A stretch of DNA of 64,000 nucleotides from Nitrospirota bacterium (GCA_963699545.1 CAVOUE010000009.1:32001-96000); one strand, 5' to 3'. Numbered from the stretch's first letter, positions 10,596 to 21,269 are shown. Notes: generated by a model from the letters alone, not told the origin. Numbers and translations are program-made.

Positions 10596-12359
10596 ATGCC
10601 ATTTGATGCAACGAAGTTAGCTGACTGGCAGATTTCCGAAGAAGCTGAAAAAAATATGCCTACCCCGGAAAAGTGGCGCGAGCGGCTGGGACTGCAAAAG
10701 GACGAGATGTTACCCATGGGGCGCCTGTCCAAGATCGACTTTCTCAAGGTCATCAACCGACTCAAGAAGAATCCTGACGGAAAGTACATCGAGGTGACGG
10801 CTGTCACCCCTACCCCTCTGGGCGAAGGCAAGAGCACCACCTCATGTGGTTTGATGGAAGGTCTCGGCAAGCGGGGTGTGAATGTGGGCGGGGCACTGCG
10901 TCAGCCGTCCGGAGGCCCCACCATGAACGTCAAGGGTACCGCCGCAGGCGGTGGCAACTCTTTGCTCATTCCCATGACCGAATTCTCCCTTGGGCTCACC
11001 GGTGATATCAACGACATAATGAATGCGCACAACCTTGCGATGGTTGCGTTGACCTCCCGGATGCAGCACGAGCGCAATTACAACGACGAGCAGTTGCAGC
11101 GGCTCACGAAGATGAGGCGCCTCGACATCGACCCCACCCGCGTTGAGATGGGGTGGATCATGGACTTCTGTGCCCAGAGCCTCCGTAATATCATCATAGG
11201 CATGGGCGGACGGACCGACGGCTTTATGATGCAGTCGAAGTTCGGTATCGCCGTTGGGTCTGAGTGCATGGCAATCCTTTCGGTAGCCAATGACCTCGCT
11301 GACCTGAAACAGCGCCTGAACAACATCACCGTTGCCTTTGACAAGAGCGGCAATCCCGTTACCACAGGCGATCTCGAGGTGGGCAATGCAATGGCCGCCT
11401 TCATGCGTAATACCATTAACCCTACACTGATGTGCACGGCCGAATACAACCCCTGCTTTGTCCATGCAGGGCCTTTTGCCAACATCGCAGTGGGCCAGTC
11501 CTCCATTATCGCCGACCGTGTCGGCTTGAAGCTGTTTGACTACCATGTCACAGAGTCCGGCTTTGCTGCGGACATCGGTTTCGAAAAATTCTGGAACGTC
11601 AAGAGCCGCTTCAGCGGTTTGAAACCCCATGTATCGGTGCTGACGACTACCGTCCGCGCGCTGAAGATGCACGGAGGAGGGCCAAAGGTTGTGGCCGGCA
11701 AGGCCCTGCCCGAGGAATACACGAAGGAGAACATTGCACTTGTCGAAAAAGGCTGCGCCAACATGGTGCACATGATCAACGTCATCCGCAAGTCCGGCAT
11801 AAACCCGGTGGTCTGTGTCAATCGTTTTTACACCGATACGGATGCCGAAGTCGCTGTTGTCAAGAAGGCTGCGGAAGCAGCAGGTGCCCGTTGCGCCGAA
11901 TCCCAGCACTGGCTCAAGGGCGGTGACGGTGCGCTTGAACTGGCAGATGCGGTCATCGACGCCTGCAAGGAGAAGAATGACTTCAAGTTCCTCTATCCGC
12001 TTGAGATGAAACTGCGCGACCGTGTAGCGATCATCGCCAAGGAAGTGTACGGAGCAGACGGCGTCTCCTGGCTGCCGGAGGCCGAGGTTAAGGCCAAGAT
12101 GCTGGAAGACGACCCCAAGTATGCCGACTACGCTACCATGATGGTCAAGACGCACTTGAGCCTTTCGCATGACCCGACCCTCAAGGGAGTACCCAAGGGC
12201 TGGATGCTGCCGATCAGGGACGTTCTGATATACTCCGGCGCCAAGTTCCTGTGTCCATGTGCAGGGACCATCAGCCTCATGCCGGGAACGAGTTCCAATC
12301 CGGCGTTCAGAAGGGTTGACGTCGATGTCAATACCGGCAAGGTAAGTGGATTGTTCTAA
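10596..12359 (+). CDS. fhs: Formate--tetrahydrofolate ligase
   Basis: [43 protein letters not shown]. Confidence 0.96.
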   Translation: MPFDATKLADWQISEEAEKNMPTPEKWRERLGLQKDEMLPMGRLSKIDFLKVINRLKKNPDGKYIEVTAVTPTPLGEGKSTTSCGLMEGLGKRGVNVGGALRQPSGGPTMNVKGTAAGGGNSLLIPMTEFSLGLTGDINDIMNAHNLAMVALTSRMQHERNYNDEQLQRLTKMRRLDIDPTRVEMGWIMDFCAQSLRNIIIGMGGRTDGFMMQSKFGIAVGSECMAILSVANDLADLKQRLNNITVAFDKSGNPVTTGDLEVGNAMAAFMRNTINPTLMCTAEYNPCFVHAGPFANIAVGQSSIIADRVGLKLFDYHVTESGFAADIGFEKFWNVKSRFSGLKPHVSVLTTTVRALKMHGGGPKVVAGKALPEEYTKENIALVEKGCANMVHMINVIRKSGINPVVCVNRFYTDTDAEVAVVKKAAEAAGARCAESQHWLKGGDGALELADAVIDACKEKNDFKFLYPLEMKLRDRVAIIAKEVYGADGVSWLPEAEVKAKMLEDDPKYADYATMMVKTHLSLSHDPTLKGVPKGWMLPIRDVLIYSGAKFLCPCAGTISLMPGTSSNPAFRRVDVDVNTGKVSGLF

Positions 12360-12377
12360 CAGTCCTCTCGTTGAAAT

Positions 12378-12416
12378 ATGGAAGGCCTCCGGGCTAATTC
12401 CCCGGAGGCCTTCCAT
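12378..12416 (+). terminator. Strong stem-loop after fhs
   Basis: Perfect 16-bp inverted repeat ATGGAAGGCCTCCGGG / CCCGGAGGCCTTCCAT with a 7-nt loop; weak U-tract. Confidence 0.7.
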
Positions 12417-12490
12417 TAGGTTCTCTGACAGCCTTTGTATCGGACCGGACTGGAGACTTAACAAAAACAGGCCTGTACGAAAGACCATTC

Positions 12491-13588
12491 ATGGACAAGA
12501 GACATTTCGGACATATTGAGATCCCTCTTCAAAGGGTTCACATTGAGCTCACCAACATCTGCGATTTCAACTGCCTCTTCTGCCCGAAATCTCTTATGAA
12601 AAGACCCCCGGGCTATATGGACTTTGATCTTGCCGGACGCATTATCGATGAGATAGCGGAGAACGGGATAGCTGAGAAGATCACTTTTCATGTGATGGGA
12701 GAACCCACGCTGCATCCACGCTTCTTTGATATCCTCTCCCATGCCCTGGACAGAGGGGTGAAGGTCGGCCTCACGACAAACGGGGCAGGCCTCGGCGGTG
12801 AAGTGGGAAGACGTCTTCTGGAATACAACCTTCACCAGGTCGATATTTCCCTGCAGACGCCGGATGCCCGGTCCTTCACCCTCCGAAAATCGAGGACCCT
12901 TAGCTTTGATGCGTACCTTCGGGGCATCCTCAGGTTCTTTCATTCCTACAGGACCAAATGGCCGGAAACGACATTCAAGTTTCGCTTTCTCAACACACGG
13001 TTCCGTAAAAAAGACATGGAAGAAAAGGTGGGTCCGTTGAAGGTTATCTCTTCCACTGAAGAATTGCACACCACCTTTCATTACTGGGCCGGACACATCT
13101 ATGACATCCTCGGTGTTGAACAGGAAACGAGAGAGAAGGCAATAAGGCGCATAGAGGCTCTTGTATCATATAAATGGAACGTGGTGGAGATCTATCCCGG
13201 ACTCTTTTTCGAGACCTATGTCCTGGAGGACTGGGGAAATGCCTTCGGTGATAAGAAGATTCTCAATGCGTGGGGAGGATACTGTTTCGGCATGAGGGAC
13301 CACTTCGGTATCCTCTATAACGGAGATGTTACGCTCTGTTGCATAGACTTCGATGGCCGGACAGCCGTAGGCAGTCTTGCCAATTCATCCCTGAAGGAAG
13401 TGCTTTCCTCTGAAGAACTGGGGGCGATCATCAGAGGGTTCAGAAAGTTTCAGCTCGTCCATCCCCACTGCCGGCGTTGTCTTGGAAGCAAGTCCTTCAT
13501 CCCGTGGCTGTTCAAGCCCGTGCTTTCCGTAGGGGCCCTGAAGGTGCTGAAACCATTCTTCTACAAACATACAACGCTTTATCGGTAG
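12491..13588 (+). CDS. Radical SAM protein with SPASM/twitch domain
   Basis: CDFNCLFC, GEPTLHP, C-terminal C...GDVTLCC...CRRC. Confidence 0.88.
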   Translation: MDKRHFGHIEIPLQRVHIELTNICDFNCLFCPKSLMKRPPGYMDFDLAGRIIDEIAENGIAEKITFHVMGEPTLHPRFFDILSHALDRGVKVGLTTNGAGLGGEVGRRLLEYNLHQVDISLQTPDARSFTLRKSRTLSFDAYLRGILRFFHSYRTKWPETTFKFRFLNTRFRKKDMEEKVGPLKVISSTEELHTTFHYWAGHIYDILGVEQETREKAIRRIEALVSYKWNVVEIYPGLFFETYVLEDWGNAFGDKKILNAWGGYCFGMRDHFGILYNGDVTLCCIDFDGRTAVGSLANSSLKEVLSSEELGAIIRGFRKFQLVHPHCRRCLGSKSFIPWLFKPVLSVGALKVLKPFFYKHTTLYR

Positions 13589-13748
13589 AACCCCTTTTTC
13601 CAGCGGCTCGCCTCTTCCCGGGGTCAATAGAACATCTTTGCCGCTCAAATAGTGAGAAATTCCGATGGAACTAAGAACTTCTTCCCATTCTATTCCGTTC
13701 AATTCTCTGCTATAGTGCAATCAAGAAAAAGAAAAGGAGGAAAGACAA

Positions 13749-13994
13749 ATGCTTACCTACCGGGAAGAATACAGCATTGGACAAAGGGTAAGTGCCCTGG
13801 TCCTGGGACCCGTGATCGGGCTGGTCTATGTGATATGCATGCCCTTCATGGCCATTGCAACAATCATCACCCTTTTGGCAGGACAGGTTATGGGAGGCGT
13901 CCTTGGTCTGTTGAGGGATCTCGTGTCCTTCGGATGGAGGCCTTCAGAAGCCTACCTCTCAGGAAAAAAGAGAAAGAAAAGGAACACCCGCTGA
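13749..13994 (+). CDS. Small hypothetical membrane protein
   Basis: AGGAGG RBS, long hydrophobic stretch, basic tail. Confidence 0.65.
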   Translation: MLTYREEYSIGQRVSALVLGPVIGLVYVICMPFMAIATIITLLAGQVMGGVLGLLRDLVSFGWRPSEAYLSGKKRKKRNTR

Positions 13995-14037
13995 TCCCAT
14001 GGGCAACCGGAATTCACCGTCAATTGAGGAGAAAAGG

Positions 14038-14193
14038 ATGAACCCGCTGAACATTGCGGACGTCGTAGAGATTCTCATGGAGAGTGCCTTTTACTTCGAC
14101 CTGAAGCTGAAAGAAAGGCACTCTCTTGCGAAGCACGTCCTCGAAATCTCTTCATGCAAACTGGGGCTCGATAGAAATTCGTATGCCGGATAG
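14038..14193 (+). CDS. Small hypothetical protein (51 aa)
   Basis: GAGGAG RBS before ATG 14038; fills the gap up to the convergent gene. Confidence 0.5.
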   Translation: MNPLNIADVVEILMESAFYFDLKLKERHSLAKHVLEISSCKLGLDRNSYAG

Positions 14194-14195
14194 AG

Positions 14196-15758
14196 TCAGT
14201 AATATATTTCCGTCCCCTTGTCTATGCTGTAGATGGAATACATCCGGTAACCCTTGATCCACGGCTGCCGCAGCGTATAGTCGTTCTTGTGCCAGAAAAA
14301 CACCCACGGGGCTTCCTCTACAATGATCTTCTCCGCCTTTTCGTAAGCGGTCATTCTCTCCTTTTCATTCCCGACGGTGTGCCCCTCTTCGATGAGCCGG
14401 TCAACCACAGAATTCTTGTATCGTGTCCTGTTCCCAGCGGGCCCCGTGTTTGATGAGTGGAAAAGGGGGAAAAGGAAGTCCTCAGGATCCGGGTAATCGG
14501 CCCACCAGCTCAGCCAGAACATGTCAGCTTCGCCTTTGTTCAGCGCCGCTTTATATGCGCTCCATTCCAGCTGCGTTATTCTTACCTTCAAACCTGTTTT
14601 TCCGATGTAGGACTGAATAAACTCCGCCATATCCACCACCTCCTGATCAGAGGTTATGTAGAAATTGATGGTCTGGCCCGCCACTCCCTCCCTTGCCACA
14701 ATCTCCCGCGCTCTGCCGGGATCATATTCATAGGGTTCAGGACTGCCCCATGCTCTCAAAAGGTCAGGCACCGGCCCTCCGGCAAGGCGACCCCTGTCTT
14801 CGAAGAATGTCGCCAGCAGTTTTTTCCGGTCAATCGCAAGGTTCATGGCCTTTCTCAGCTTCGTGTTACTGAAAGGAGGCCTCGAACAGTTCATTCCAAT
14901 ATAATATGTATTTATCCCCTTCACTGAGGCCATGAGTCCTTTCCACTTCGGGTCATTCCTGTATTTTGAATACTCCGGCGCCGGGACAGAGATCACATCG
15001 AGATTGCCAAGCTCGAACTCGGATGCCACGGTGAGGTCCTCCGGAATAACGCGGTAGACGATCCCGCCTGCCTTTGCCGGCTTGTCGAAATACCCATCCC
15101 TGCGGTCGAGCCTCAGCTCCCTGTTTGGCAGCCACTGGGCAAGGACAAAGGGGCCCGTGCCAACAGGGTGGGTGGAGAAGTCAGGTCCCCACCTCAGTAC
15201 CTCCTCTTCCGGAACAACATAGGCAGGAGGGGTCGTAAGCAGGTAGAGGAATGGGGAAAAGGGTTTTTCAAGACTGATTTCAAGGGTATGATCGTCAACG
15301 ACCTTTATCCCCCTGACATCAACTGCCCGTCCGTTCATATAATCCTTTGCCCCGACAATCTTTTCGAAGACCCAAGTGTTGGGAGAACGGGTTCTGGGGT
15401 CGAGGACCCTCTTAAAGCTATACTTAAAGTCATGAGCATTAACACTTTGATTATTAGAATATTTAGCTCTATTTATAAGGTGAAATGTATAGGTAATTCC
15501 ATCGCGAGAAATGGTCCACCGCTCAGCAATATCGGGTATAACGATCAGTCCTTCATCCAGCTTCACGAGGCCATTAAAGAGCTTCGCGGAAATGGTGCCT
15601 CCGGTCACATCCACAATTAAGGCCGGGTCAAGGGTAGTCGGGTTTGAGCTGAGCCGGTAATAGACATATCCGCTGAGCCTGTTCCGCTGCGAACAGGAAA
15701 GACAAACGAGAAGAGCCATAAGACTGAAAAGTAAGAAGGAGCGGGATGTGCGCGTCAA
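14196..15758 (-). CDS. ABC transporter substrate-binding lipoprotein, family 5 (OppA/DppA-like)
   Basis: TLDPA, PDIAERW, PVGTGPF, WWADYPDP; lipobox-like LSC; probable TTG start at 15758. Confidence 0.9.
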   Translation of the reverse strand: MTRTSRSFLLFSLMALLVCLSCSQRNRLSGYVYYRLSSNPTTLDPALIVDVTGGTISAKLFNGLVKLDEGLIVIPDIAERWTISRDGITYTFHLINRAKYSNNQSVNAHDFKYSFKRVLDPRTRSPNTWVFEKIVGAKDYMNGRAVDVRGIKVVDDHTLEISLEKPFSPFLYLLTTPPAYVVPEEEVLRWGPDFSTHPVGTGPFVLAQWLPNRELRLDRRDGYFDKPAKAGGIVYRVIPEDLTVASEFELGNLDVISVPAPEYSKYRNDPKWKGLMASVKGINTYYIGMNCSRPPFSNTKLRKAMNLAIDRKKLLATFFEDRGRLAGGPVPDLLRAWGSPEPYEYDPGRAREIVAREGVAGQTINFYITSDQEVVDMAEFIQSYIGKTGLKVRITQLEWSAYKAALNKGEADMFWLSWWADYPDPEDFLFPLFHSSNTGPAGNRTRYKNSVVDRLIEEGHTVGNEKERMTAYEKAEKIIVEEAPWVFFWHKNDYTLRQPWIKGYRMYSIYSIDKGTEIYY

Positions 15759-15759
15759 T

Positions 15760-16821
15760 TCATTGGCCCTGGGACTGTTTTGACTCGCCTTCCATTGTCC
15801 TGAAAATCTCGACCACCGACAGGAAGAGAGCAAACACGAGGGGTCCCATCACCAGACCCAGGAGTCCAAACACTTTGATGCCACCGAGCACTGTGAAGAA
15901 TATGATAATGGTCGGCATTTTGGTCCTGCCACCTATGATAAGCGGCTTCAGGATGTTATCCACCATGCTGATCACGCATACTCCGATAAGAATCAGGGCG
16001 ATGCCCTTTATGTACGCTCCCTGCAACAGGAGAATGACGCTCGCCGGCAACCAGATAATGGCGGTCCCCAGCAACGGGACAAAGGACATGAGGGCTATGG
16101 AACTCCCCCAGAAAATGGGTGATCTCATCCCCAGCACTCCAAAGGCGATGCCGCCCAGGACCCCCTGCACAATAGCCACAATGACACCGCCGTAGATGGT
16201 GGAGACGATCATATCCTTAACCTGTGACGTCAGTCTGTCCCTGTGCTGCTCTGAAAAGGGAAGGTAATCCCTGCTCCTCTGGAGGAATCGCGGCCCGTCT
16301 TTGAGGAAAAAAAAGACCGTAAAGGTCATAATCACAAAATTCGCAGCCGCGCTCATCACGTTCCCGAAACCCGCCGAGAGCCCCTCCACGATTTTCTGTC
16401 CCACCTTCTTGATATTTTCGATGAGAACCTCCTCTGAAGGAGCTTCCAGTCCGGTGTACGGCTCGATCTTCCGAACGATCTTCATCACCCTCTCATTGGA
16501 CAGCAGCGCACCCAGTGTCCTCGTGTCCGTATCAGTATTGGCCACTATGTCACTTACCTCATTGATCAGGGAATAGGAAATGTAGGAAAAAGGCCCGATA
16601 ATAACCACCAGTATCAGGAGCAGCGTTACCAGAGATGCCACCGCCTTTACCCTGATAAACCGCAGGGCAAAAACGTATACGGGATAGAAGATCACGCACA
16701 ATACCATGGCCCATGCGATGGGGGTCAAAAAGGGCTGGAATATCTGATAGGAGAGATAGCCCAGGACAGCCAGTATGGAAAAGAACATCAGGGGGTAAAA
16801 CCTGTTACTAGGAGGAGCCAC
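15760..16821 (-). CDS. AI-2E family transporter
   Basis: Multi-TM; FFFLKDG, VDNILKP, GLVMGP motifs; start estimated. Confidence 0.88.
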   Translation of the reverse strand: MAPPSNRFYPLMFFSILAVLGYLSYQIFQPFLTPIAWAMVLCVIFYPVYVFALRFIRVKAVASLVTLLLILVVIIGPFSYISYSLINEVSDIVANTDTDTRTLGALLSNERVMKIVRKIEPYTGLEAPSEEVLIENIKKVGQKIVEGLSAGFGNVMSAAANFVIMTFTVFFFLKDGPRFLQRSRDYLPFSEQHRDRLTSQVKDMIVSTIYGGVIVAIVQGVLGGIAFGVLGMRSPIFWGSSIALMSFVPLLGTAIIWLPASVILLLQGAYIKGIALILIGVCVISMVDNILKPLIIGGRTKMPTIIIFFTVLGGIKVFGLLGLVMGPLVFALFLSVVEIFRTMEGESKQSQGQ

Positions 16822-17482
16822 GGGCAGCCTCCACAAAAGAACTGAAGAGGATACGGGATAATTCGTCATCCGAACGCTCAGGATGCCACTGAACTCCAAG
16901 GAGGAACGGGTAACCGGTCAAACGTATCGCCTCCACGAGGCGATCCTCGGAAACTGCGATAACTTCGAGGCCCTGCCCCAGTTTCCTCACCGCCTGGTGA
17001 TGAGACGTGTTCACCGCACATTCCCCCTTCAGCCACTCGCCATTACCGATCACCAAGTGGTTTCCCATCGTGTGATCAACAGACGTCTTCATCTCGGACT
17101 TTATATCCTGATAGAGACTGCCTCCAAAAACAACGTTTATCAGTTGCATCCCGTAACAGACACCGAAGACCGGTTTCCTCAGTTCCATTATAGCCTTTAA
17201 CAACGCTATCTCAAAGTCAGTTCTCTGCCTCGGCACACTGCCGGCGCCGGGACGGGGTTTCTCCGAATAATAGGAAGGATCCATGTCCCCTCCCCCCGGA
17301 ATAAGCAGGCCGTCAAGAAAAGGTACATACCTGAGCGGTTCACCGCCGGGAGGAATAAGTACCGGAATCCCCCCTGCTGACAGTATGGCCGAGGAATAAT
17401 GGTGTTTCAGTCTCAGATATTCACCATCCCGGTCCATGGAAATGCCGATAATGGGCCGGCTCCCCTGCACCCTACCGTCCAT
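16808..17482 (-). CDS. Peptidase C26 / gamma-glutamyl-gamma-aminobutyrate hydrolase family (PuuD-like)
   Basis: GVCYGMQ, HHQAV, GVQWHPE class I glutamine amidotransferase triad. Confidence 0.9.
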   Translation of the reverse strand: MDGRVQGSRPIIGISMDRDGEYLRLKHHYSSAILSAGGIPVLIPPGGEPLRYVPFLDGLLIPGGGDMDPSYYSEKPRPGAGSVPRQRTDFEIALLKAIMELRKPVFGVCYGMQLINVVFGGSLYQDIKSEMKTSVDHTMGNHLVIGNGEWLKGECAVNTSHHQAVRKLGQGLEVIAVSEDRLVEAIRLTGYPFLLGVQWHPERSDDELSRILFSSFVEAARGSS

Positions 17483-19094
17483 TTCTCAATACCTTTCCAG
17501 GCCTGTCACCGGTAAAGGTCCCTTCCCATACGACCGGCGTTCCGTTCACCAGGACCGAATGTATCCCCTCAGGCTTAAGAAAAGGTTCTTCAAAGGTCGC
17601 CCTGTCGATAATGCGCTCTTCAGCAAACACCACCACATCCGCATGAAACCCTTCTTTCAGACAACCCCTCCCTGCGAGACCAAACGTTATCGAAGGGAGC
17701 AGAGTAATTTTGCGGATCGCCTCACCCATGTTCATCAGCTTGAGATCCCTGGCATATCGTCCGACGAATCTCGGGAACGTCCCGAAGCCCCGGGGATGGG
17801 GTTTACCCCTGTGGGTCGGTCCGTCCGTGGACCGCACTGAACTATCCGAACCTATCATCAAGTAGGGCCGCGCCAGAAATCTCCTGAGGTTATCCTCATT
17901 CATTGAATGAAAGATCGCACCAATCCTCAGTTTTTCCTCAATGAGAATGTCCATAAGAAATTCGACAGGCCTCTTTTTCGCCCTCTGAGAGAGAAACGAA
18001 AGCGTTTTCCCTTCCATCCACTTGTTCGACTCCGAATTCATTGATGATATGGCGATGCTGCTCCAGTCGTCCTCACCGGGGCGCTGTGACAGCACTTCAA
18101 CCTTTATCGCAGACCGTATTTCCGGGTTCCTTAACCTCTTCAGCTCTTCTTCACTCCCACCCGCATAGGTCCATGAGGGGAGCACTGCGTCAAGGTCCGT
18201 GGAAGCTGCAGTGTAAGGATACCGGTCGCATGTTACTGGCAATCCCTCCGTACGTGCACGTTCGATAACGGAAAGGGCCTCATCTATCTTTGCCCAGTTA
18301 TGGCTTCCGGCGGTCTTGAGGTGGGAGATATGCACTGCAATCCCCGACTCCCTCCCTATCTGTATGGCCTCCTCAATCGCCTCAATCAACCGGTCCGACT
18401 CGCTTCTCATGTGAGACGTATAGATGAGGTCTTTTATACACCGGGCAAGCCCGATGATCTCCCCGGTCTTCCCGTATACCCCCGGAGGGTAGATCAATCC
18501 CGTAGAAAGCCCTATGGCACCTTCACGAACAGCGTCCCTCAGGAGAGTTTGCATCTGTTCCATCTCTTCCGTGTCAGGGTCCCGGTCAGCATACCCGATT
18601 ACAGACGCCCGTATGTTCCCGTGTCCGGTCAGGGCGGCGAAGTTTATGGCAGGTCCGCTCTTTTCGAGAAGATGAAAATACTCTTCAAAGGTGGACCACC
18701 GCTCCCTGATCCCCAGTTCCCTCATATCATCTTCCCGGTGTTCACGCGCTTCACCATACAGCGGTGCCGCAGATAACCCGCAGTTACCATTGATCTCCGT
18801 CGTCACTCCCTGCGAGACTTTCCCTTCGGCCCGGCCGTCGGCCAGGAGCGTGAACTCAGAATGTGCATGGGTATCAATGAAGCCGGGAGACACCGAGAGA
18901 TCTTTCGCATCGATGATTTTCCCCGCCTTCCCCATGAAGCGGTCTCCGCCTCGTGTAATGGCTACTATCCTGTCGCCGCCTATGGCGACGTCGCCGATGA
19001 ACGGTTCATCCCCGGCGCCGTCATAGACCCAGCCTCCCCTGATCAAAATATCAATATCCACAGCCGTCCTCAATCCAGGCACGTGCAATAGCAC
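17472..19094 (-). CDS. N-acyl-D-amino-acid deacylase (D-aminoacylase)
   Basis: PGFIDTHAHS, GNCG, GLSTGLIYPPG, HPRGFGTFPR; start may be about 19061. Confidence 0.92.
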   Translation of the reverse strand: MLLHVPGLRTAVDIDILIRGGWVYDGAGDEPFIGDVAIGGDRIVAITRGGDRFMGKAGKIIDAKDLSVSPGFIDTHAHSEFTLLADGRAEGKVSQGVTTEINGNCGLSAAPLYGEAREHREDDMRELGIRERWSTFEEYFHLLEKSGPAINFAALTGHGNIRASVIGYADRDPDTEEMEQMQTLLRDAVREGAIGLSTGLIYPPGVYGKTGEIIGLARCIKDLIYTSHMRSESDRLIEAIEEAIQIGRESGIAVHISHLKTAGSHNWAKIDEALSVIERARTEGLPVTCDRYPYTAASTDLDAVLPSWTYAGGSEEELKRLRNPEIRSAIKVEVLSQRPGEDDWSSIAISSMNSESNKWMEGKTLSFLSQRAKKRPVEFLMDILIEEKLRIGAIFHSMNEDNLRRFLARPYLMIGSDSSVRSTDGPTHRGKPHPRGFGTFPRFVGRYARDLKLMNMGEAIRKITLLPSITFGLAGRGCLKEGFHADVVVFAEERIIDRATFEEPFLKPEGIHSVLVNGTPVVWEGTFTGDRPGKVLRNGR

Positions 19095-19109
19095 TACGGG
19101 AGGACATCG

Positions 19110-19751
19110 CTAGAGGTCCTCTTTGATTTTCAAAGCGGCAGCATCAGAAGCGAAAAAACTCTCAGGTGATCGAATGCTCTTCACAAACACCGGCCTCAGG
19201 AATGATACCATATGTCTCACGCGCTGACGAAAGCCCTTTCCCTCGTCAGACTTCATATGTTCCCTGTACTCTTTCAGAAGGTAGGTCATAAAGGACGGGA
19301 AGAGTTTCAGCGTCAATCCCGTGACCGAGAAGAAATCTCTTACCGGTATGCCGATCCTCTCGAGAGGCCGCAGGATGCTTTCCAGCGACCGGAGCATCTC
19401 CTCCAGGGAAAGCACAGCTGTCAACAGCTTTGCAGCCAGGATCATCGAAAAAACCCTCAGAGTCCTGACGCCTGCCATGAGAAGTCCCTCGTCGGTAACG
19501 GACAGAAAACCGCTGCGGTATATGATCTTGCCCGAATGGAAGAAGAGATTCCCGGTGAAGGTAAAGAGGAGGAAGAGGGTTATAGGGAAGAGTCCGCTTC
19601 GCATCTTCCCGGCCGGCAGCGCCACGAGGACAAGAATGAAGATAGCAGCAGCAGCGAATGCGTGGAGGTATATGCCCTGAACAAAAAAAAGGCTTACCAC
19701 AAACACAACGTAGAGCGAGATCATGAGCCGGGGGAACAAGCGGTCTTTCAC
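19110..19751 (-). CDS. Energy-coupling factor transporter transmembrane (T/CbiQ-like) component
   Basis: Hydrophobic N-half, GL..G....LR, LESILRPLERIGIPV. Confidence 0.7.
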   Translation of the reverse strand: MKDRLFPRLMISLYVVFVVSLFFVQGIYLHAFAAAAIFILVLVALPAGKMRSGLFPITLFLLFTFTGNLFFHSGKIIYRSGFLSVTDEGLLMAGVRTLRVFSMILAAKLLTAVLSLEEMLRSLESILRPLERIGIPVRDFFSVTGLTLKLFPSFMTYLLKEYREHMKSDEGKGFRQRVRHMVSFLRPVFVKSIRSPESFFASDAAALKIKEDL

Positions 19752-21034
19752 CGCCCTGCAAAAGAAGCCGGGGACGGTCTCGCCTGAACATCTGCGCTGC
19801 GCCGGAGAGCATCACGGCCCCTTCTGTCCTCGTTCTTCACACCAGCCACTTTCTGGACAGGAGCAGATGATGAGAAATATGTCTTTATCCCCGAAGCAAT
19901 CGACTTCGCGATGACAGCCCGGTATGAATCGCTGGCCAGCAGTTTCTCTTCCTCGGGGTTGCTGACAAAGGAGATCTCCGCAAGGATGGAAGGCGGCATC
20001 GAAGCACCCATCAGCACAAAGAACATGGCATGCTTTACCCCCAGGTTAACGGTCTTTGCGTGGACCCTCGCAACGTTGGAATAGAGAGAGCTTTGAACGT
20101 AGTTGGCAAGGGCAACAGACTCATCCCTCTTATGGTCCCTGTTAAGGTCGCTGAGGATCTTGCCGAGATCATCGCTCTTGTACTGGGCCATCTTCTCCTT
20201 CATTCTCTTCAGCGAAACGTAGTTCTCCCGTGCAGCAACTCTTATAGCCTCTTCTTCGTTTGTCCAGTTCTGGAGATAGGTCTCGATCCCTCTCGCCGCT
20301 CTGTTCGGACTTGCATTGGCGTGGATAGAGACAAAGAGGTCCGCCTCTTTCTGAAGTGCGATAAGAGACCTCTCCTCCAGCCGGATAAAGACGTCTCTGT
20401 CTCGTGTGAGAACAACCTCAATATCCGGCTCCGTTGACAGGATCTCTCTGACCTTCAGGGCGACGTCCAGCACAACGTCCTTTTCCTGAAGACCCTTTTT
20501 GCCGACAGCGCCGGGGTCATGGCCGCCGTGGCCGGGGTCAAGGACGACTACTCTCCCGGTAACGACCCGTTTTTCAGGTTTCCTTGCGTTGACGTCGATC
20601 ACCAGCTTGGTGGGGTCATCAAGGATGTACGCATTGAAATCATCCATTGTTTCGAGGTCAAGGACGATCCTCACCGTATCAGGAGCGAACTGCCCTGCTC
20701 TCACCGACTTAAGGATGCCGTCACCGACGGGGAGGTTGTTCTGTATTTTCTTCGAGATGTTTGAATTCTTGAGGTCGAAGTAGAGCCTGTCAGGACCTGA
20801 CAGACGTTTCTTTGTGAATTCCACCGGCTGCGACAGGTCAATAATGACCCTCGTATAGCCGTGAGACGACCAGTAACGGATGTTCTTGATCTCTGCTCGA
20901 TCAGCAGCATCGAGGGGATTTGTGCGGGGAATGAAAACGAGAGAAAAAAAGAGGACGATTCCGAGGCTTCTCCCCAGAGCCGATAAACGGGATGCGTTAC
21001 GCCCTATGATCCCCATGCCCTGTTCTTTGTTCAT
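19748..21034 (-). CDS. N-acetylmuramoyl-L-alanine amidase (AMIN + Amidase_3)
   Basis: VVLDPGHGGHDPGA, FVSIHANA, SILAEISFVSNPEEE. Confidence 0.94.
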   Translation of the reverse strand: MNKEQGMGIIGRNASRLSALGRSLGIVLFFSLVFIPRTNPLDAADRAEIKNIRYWSSHGYTRVIIDLSQPVEFTKKRLSGPDRLYFDLKNSNISKKIQNNLPVGDGILKSVRAGQFAPDTVRIVLDLETMDDFNAYILDDPTKLVIDVNARKPEKRVVTGRVVVLDPGHGGHDPGAVGKKGLQEKDVVLDVALKVREILSTEPDIEVVLTRDRDVFIRLEERSLIALQKEADLFVSIHANASPNRAARGIETYLQNWTNEEEAIRVAARENYVSLKRMKEKMAQYKSDDLGKILSDLNRDHKRDESVALANYVQSSLYSNVARVHAKTVNLGVKHAMFFVLMGASMPPSILAEISFVSNPEEEKLLASDSYRAVIAKSIASGIKTYFSSSAPVQKVAGVKNEDRRGRDALRRSADVQARPSPASFAGR

Positions 21035-21252
21035 ACCGAATGAACAGCAGTTATCTCCGGAATCTCTTTCTTAAGATTTGCCTCCACCCAGCTCTTCATG
21101 GTGAGAGAAGACATGGAGCATGTGCCGCAGGCGCCTTTCAGTCGGACGTAGACGACATTGTCTCTTATGTCCACGAGCTCAATGTCGCCCCCCTCGGCCT
21201 TGAGGCCAACCCTAATTTTCTCAAGGACATCTTCAACTTTTTCCCTTAACAT
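21031..21252 (-). CDS. NifU/Nfu-family Fe-S carrier
   Basis: GGDIELV, LKGACGTCSMS. Confidence 0.9.
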   Translation of the reverse strand: MLREKVEDVLEKIRVGLKAEGGDIELVDIRDNVVYVRLKGACGTCSMSSLTMKSWVEANLKKEIPEITAVHSV

Positions 21253-21269
21253 ATTAAACCTGATGTATA

